From NCBI GenBank assembly GCA_023231475.1, contig JALJEE010002157.1, positions 1-64,000 on the forward strand: 64,000 nt of DNA, read 5' to 3'. The notes below the pieces were generated by a model. That model saw only the letters and a list, made by a program, of their open reading frames with translations. It was not told the DNA's origin and searched no databases. This document shows, piece after piece, positions 62,107 through 64,000 of this stretch (the stretch's first letter is position 1; each line of letters opens with the position of its first letter). The translations under genes and the position numbers were made by a program. Origin of the DNA: Seison nebaliae. Its lineage: Eukaryota.

Positions 62107-63747
62107 ATGACTCACATTTATCTTTATTTACTTTTGTCGATCTTCGTGAAATTTCTCCATTCTATCGACATTTCGGGAGAAGGAAAAATCTTCGGCTCAG
62201 TTGGTCCATTTGATGAGATTGAAGAATTGACAAGTTCCCTCCACTTTCTCCAATGAAAACAAAACGGAATTTTTCCATTTTTAGAAATTCCAACATCCGA
62301 AGACTTTTTCACCAAATTCGTACCACAAGATCGTCTTTGTGTCTTTAAGAATGTCGTCGAAGAATGGAAATTAACCGACAAAGATTTATTAAAAGTTTCA
62401 CTTAAATTCTTTCTTGATTATTTCCGAATAACTTCTCGAAGTTATCTGAAGATGATAATAAACAGTATATGGTAGAAACGAAGAAAAAGGAGGTGAGGAG
62501 ACAAGAGATCCGTCGAATTTCTTTCCAACATTTTATCGAAACTTATAATAAAACTTCGTATTATCTGGTCGATCCAGTACCGAAATTCCTTCGGTTATTC
62601 ATTTTATATTTAAATTTTCATTTAAATGTAATTAATTTTTTAATTGATTGTGAATAGAACTCATGTTGAATTTCCTCGAATGTTCAATATACCTGTTAAT
62701 GAGAATACTCCGACAAATTCGATTTTTACTCAAATTGTATATTCTTATTTTAAAAAATTTTTTAAATTTTTTTAAAAGTTATTATGGATGACAAGTGGTG
62801 GAACGAAATCCGTTCCACATACTGATTCATATGGTAACGTCAATTGTGTCTATACGGGAATTAAACAATTCATTTTAATCGATAAGAGAAAATATCCGAA
62901 TGCAGGACTGGAATTTATCAATCGAATTAATGGCGCTTATAGTTCTTTAGATGTCGATCAGTTTTCAAATTTATTCATTCAATTTATCATCATCAATAAC
63001 CATTTTTTTTTTAAATTTTAAATTTTTTCTTTTAGTGTCAGTTTCGATGATTTCCCTATACTGAAAAATGTTAATTTGATTCGAGTCAACTTAACAGCTG
63101 GTGATTGTCTTTTTATTCCTCCATTTTTGTTCGTTTTTTATTATTTTCATTTTTTCATTTAAATTCCGTATTTGTCAGTATTCATCAAGTCAATTCATAT
63201 GGGAGGACGATGGCAACGAATTTCTGGTACGATCCAATCTCAGCATTGAAAGTGTCGTTAAAAATCAAAAATATGAAACGTGATGAAATTGATCGTGTGA
63301 ATAAGAAGAGATTTACTGTAGATGATTTCGGTTCAAATTTACCAGATTCTCCCAGTGAAGCGAATCATTTCTCAACATTCGAAGATTATTTGTTAGTTTG
63401 AATTAATTTAAATTTTATAGAAATTGAAATAGGAATATCGAGAGGGAATACAATCTTCCAAATCCAGTTACTATCGAAGACGTTATTAGGAAAGTTGAAG
63501 ATAAATATGAACAATCAGCCACTATTGAGATGCAACATTATATTCAAGAAGTCTTCGATTATTTAGATGTAGACAGTGATGGATATATCACTGAATCAGA
63601 TTCATCAATAGGAAAATATGTTAGAATTTCAATTCAAAAAATTTTTTAATATTTTTTCTTTAGAGTATGGAATGTGTGAACATGGTGGGACAAGACATGT
63701 ATAAAGTAGCAATGAAAGAGATTCAAAAAGCGGCAAAGAAAATTTAA
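62107..63747 (+). CDS. Secretory-pathway JmjC (cupin_8-type) 2OG/Fe oxygenase with C-terminal EF-hand, ~9 exons
   Basis: Signal peptide MTHIYLYLLLSIFVKFLHS, LWMTSGGTKSVPHTD (HxD), GIKQFILID, LTAGDCLFIPP, IHQVNS (distal His), NFWY, EF-hand loop FDYLDVDSDGYITESD. Stop TAA 63745-63747. Confidence 0.82.
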
Positions 63748-64000
63748 TGAATGTACAAAAAAATGAGAAAAAATTGGAAAAAAATTTGTTGAATAAAAAT
63801 AAGTTATAATGATAAATTCTATATAAAAACAAATGTTGTATAAAACGAATTCTGCTATCATCTACTTCACAGTTTAGATCAGTCGAATCTTCTCAATGAA
63901 ACGAAATATATATATTGAAACTTCTTTCCATATTAAACATGTATTTTCGGTGATGAAGTCTCATTTGTCATACGATAAATATTATTATGAGTTGCGTCAT

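Noticed and set aside
1..64000. Reassigned genetic code (TGA or TAA as sense)
   Set aside because: Long exons translate cleanly with the standard code, Trp uses TGG, and TGA/TAA terminate conserved genes at the expected positions.
1..64000. CRISPR arrays, rRNA, complete tRNA genes or prokaryotic operons
   Set aside because: None seen. The window is intron-containing eukaryotic DNA and the tandem repeats have no unique spacers.

Overview
AT-rich eukaryotic (metazoan) genomic DNA from a compact genome with many very short spliceosomal introns, mostly about 40-70 nt. The species cannot be determined from the sequence. Hand-splicing gives about 14 genes: CEP350-like, an orphan class A GPCR, FoxK, a tolloid-like astacin protease, TCF/pangolin, PDRG1, PSMG3, EMC4, LST8, a PKD1/REJ-like polycystin, a 71-aa truncated syntaxin, an MGAT3-like protein, a CH+bMERB protein and a secreted JmjC/EF-hand protein. 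Gene-poor stretches contain MITE-like inverted repeats and decayed transposon remnants. The main signals are: (1) about nine in ten resolved introns start GTT rather than GTA/GTG, and the only GTAA donors found belong to two mutually exclusive TCF C-clamp exons; (2) the astacin stop (TGA-CAA) is followed in frame by 81 codons ending in a furin site and a GPI-type signal, suggesting readthrough to a membrane-anchored form; (3) a stand-alone half-SNARE micro-syntaxin; (4) splice acceptors just upstream of many start codons, possibly SL trans-splicing or operons. All homology calls come from recalled family motifs, not database searches.
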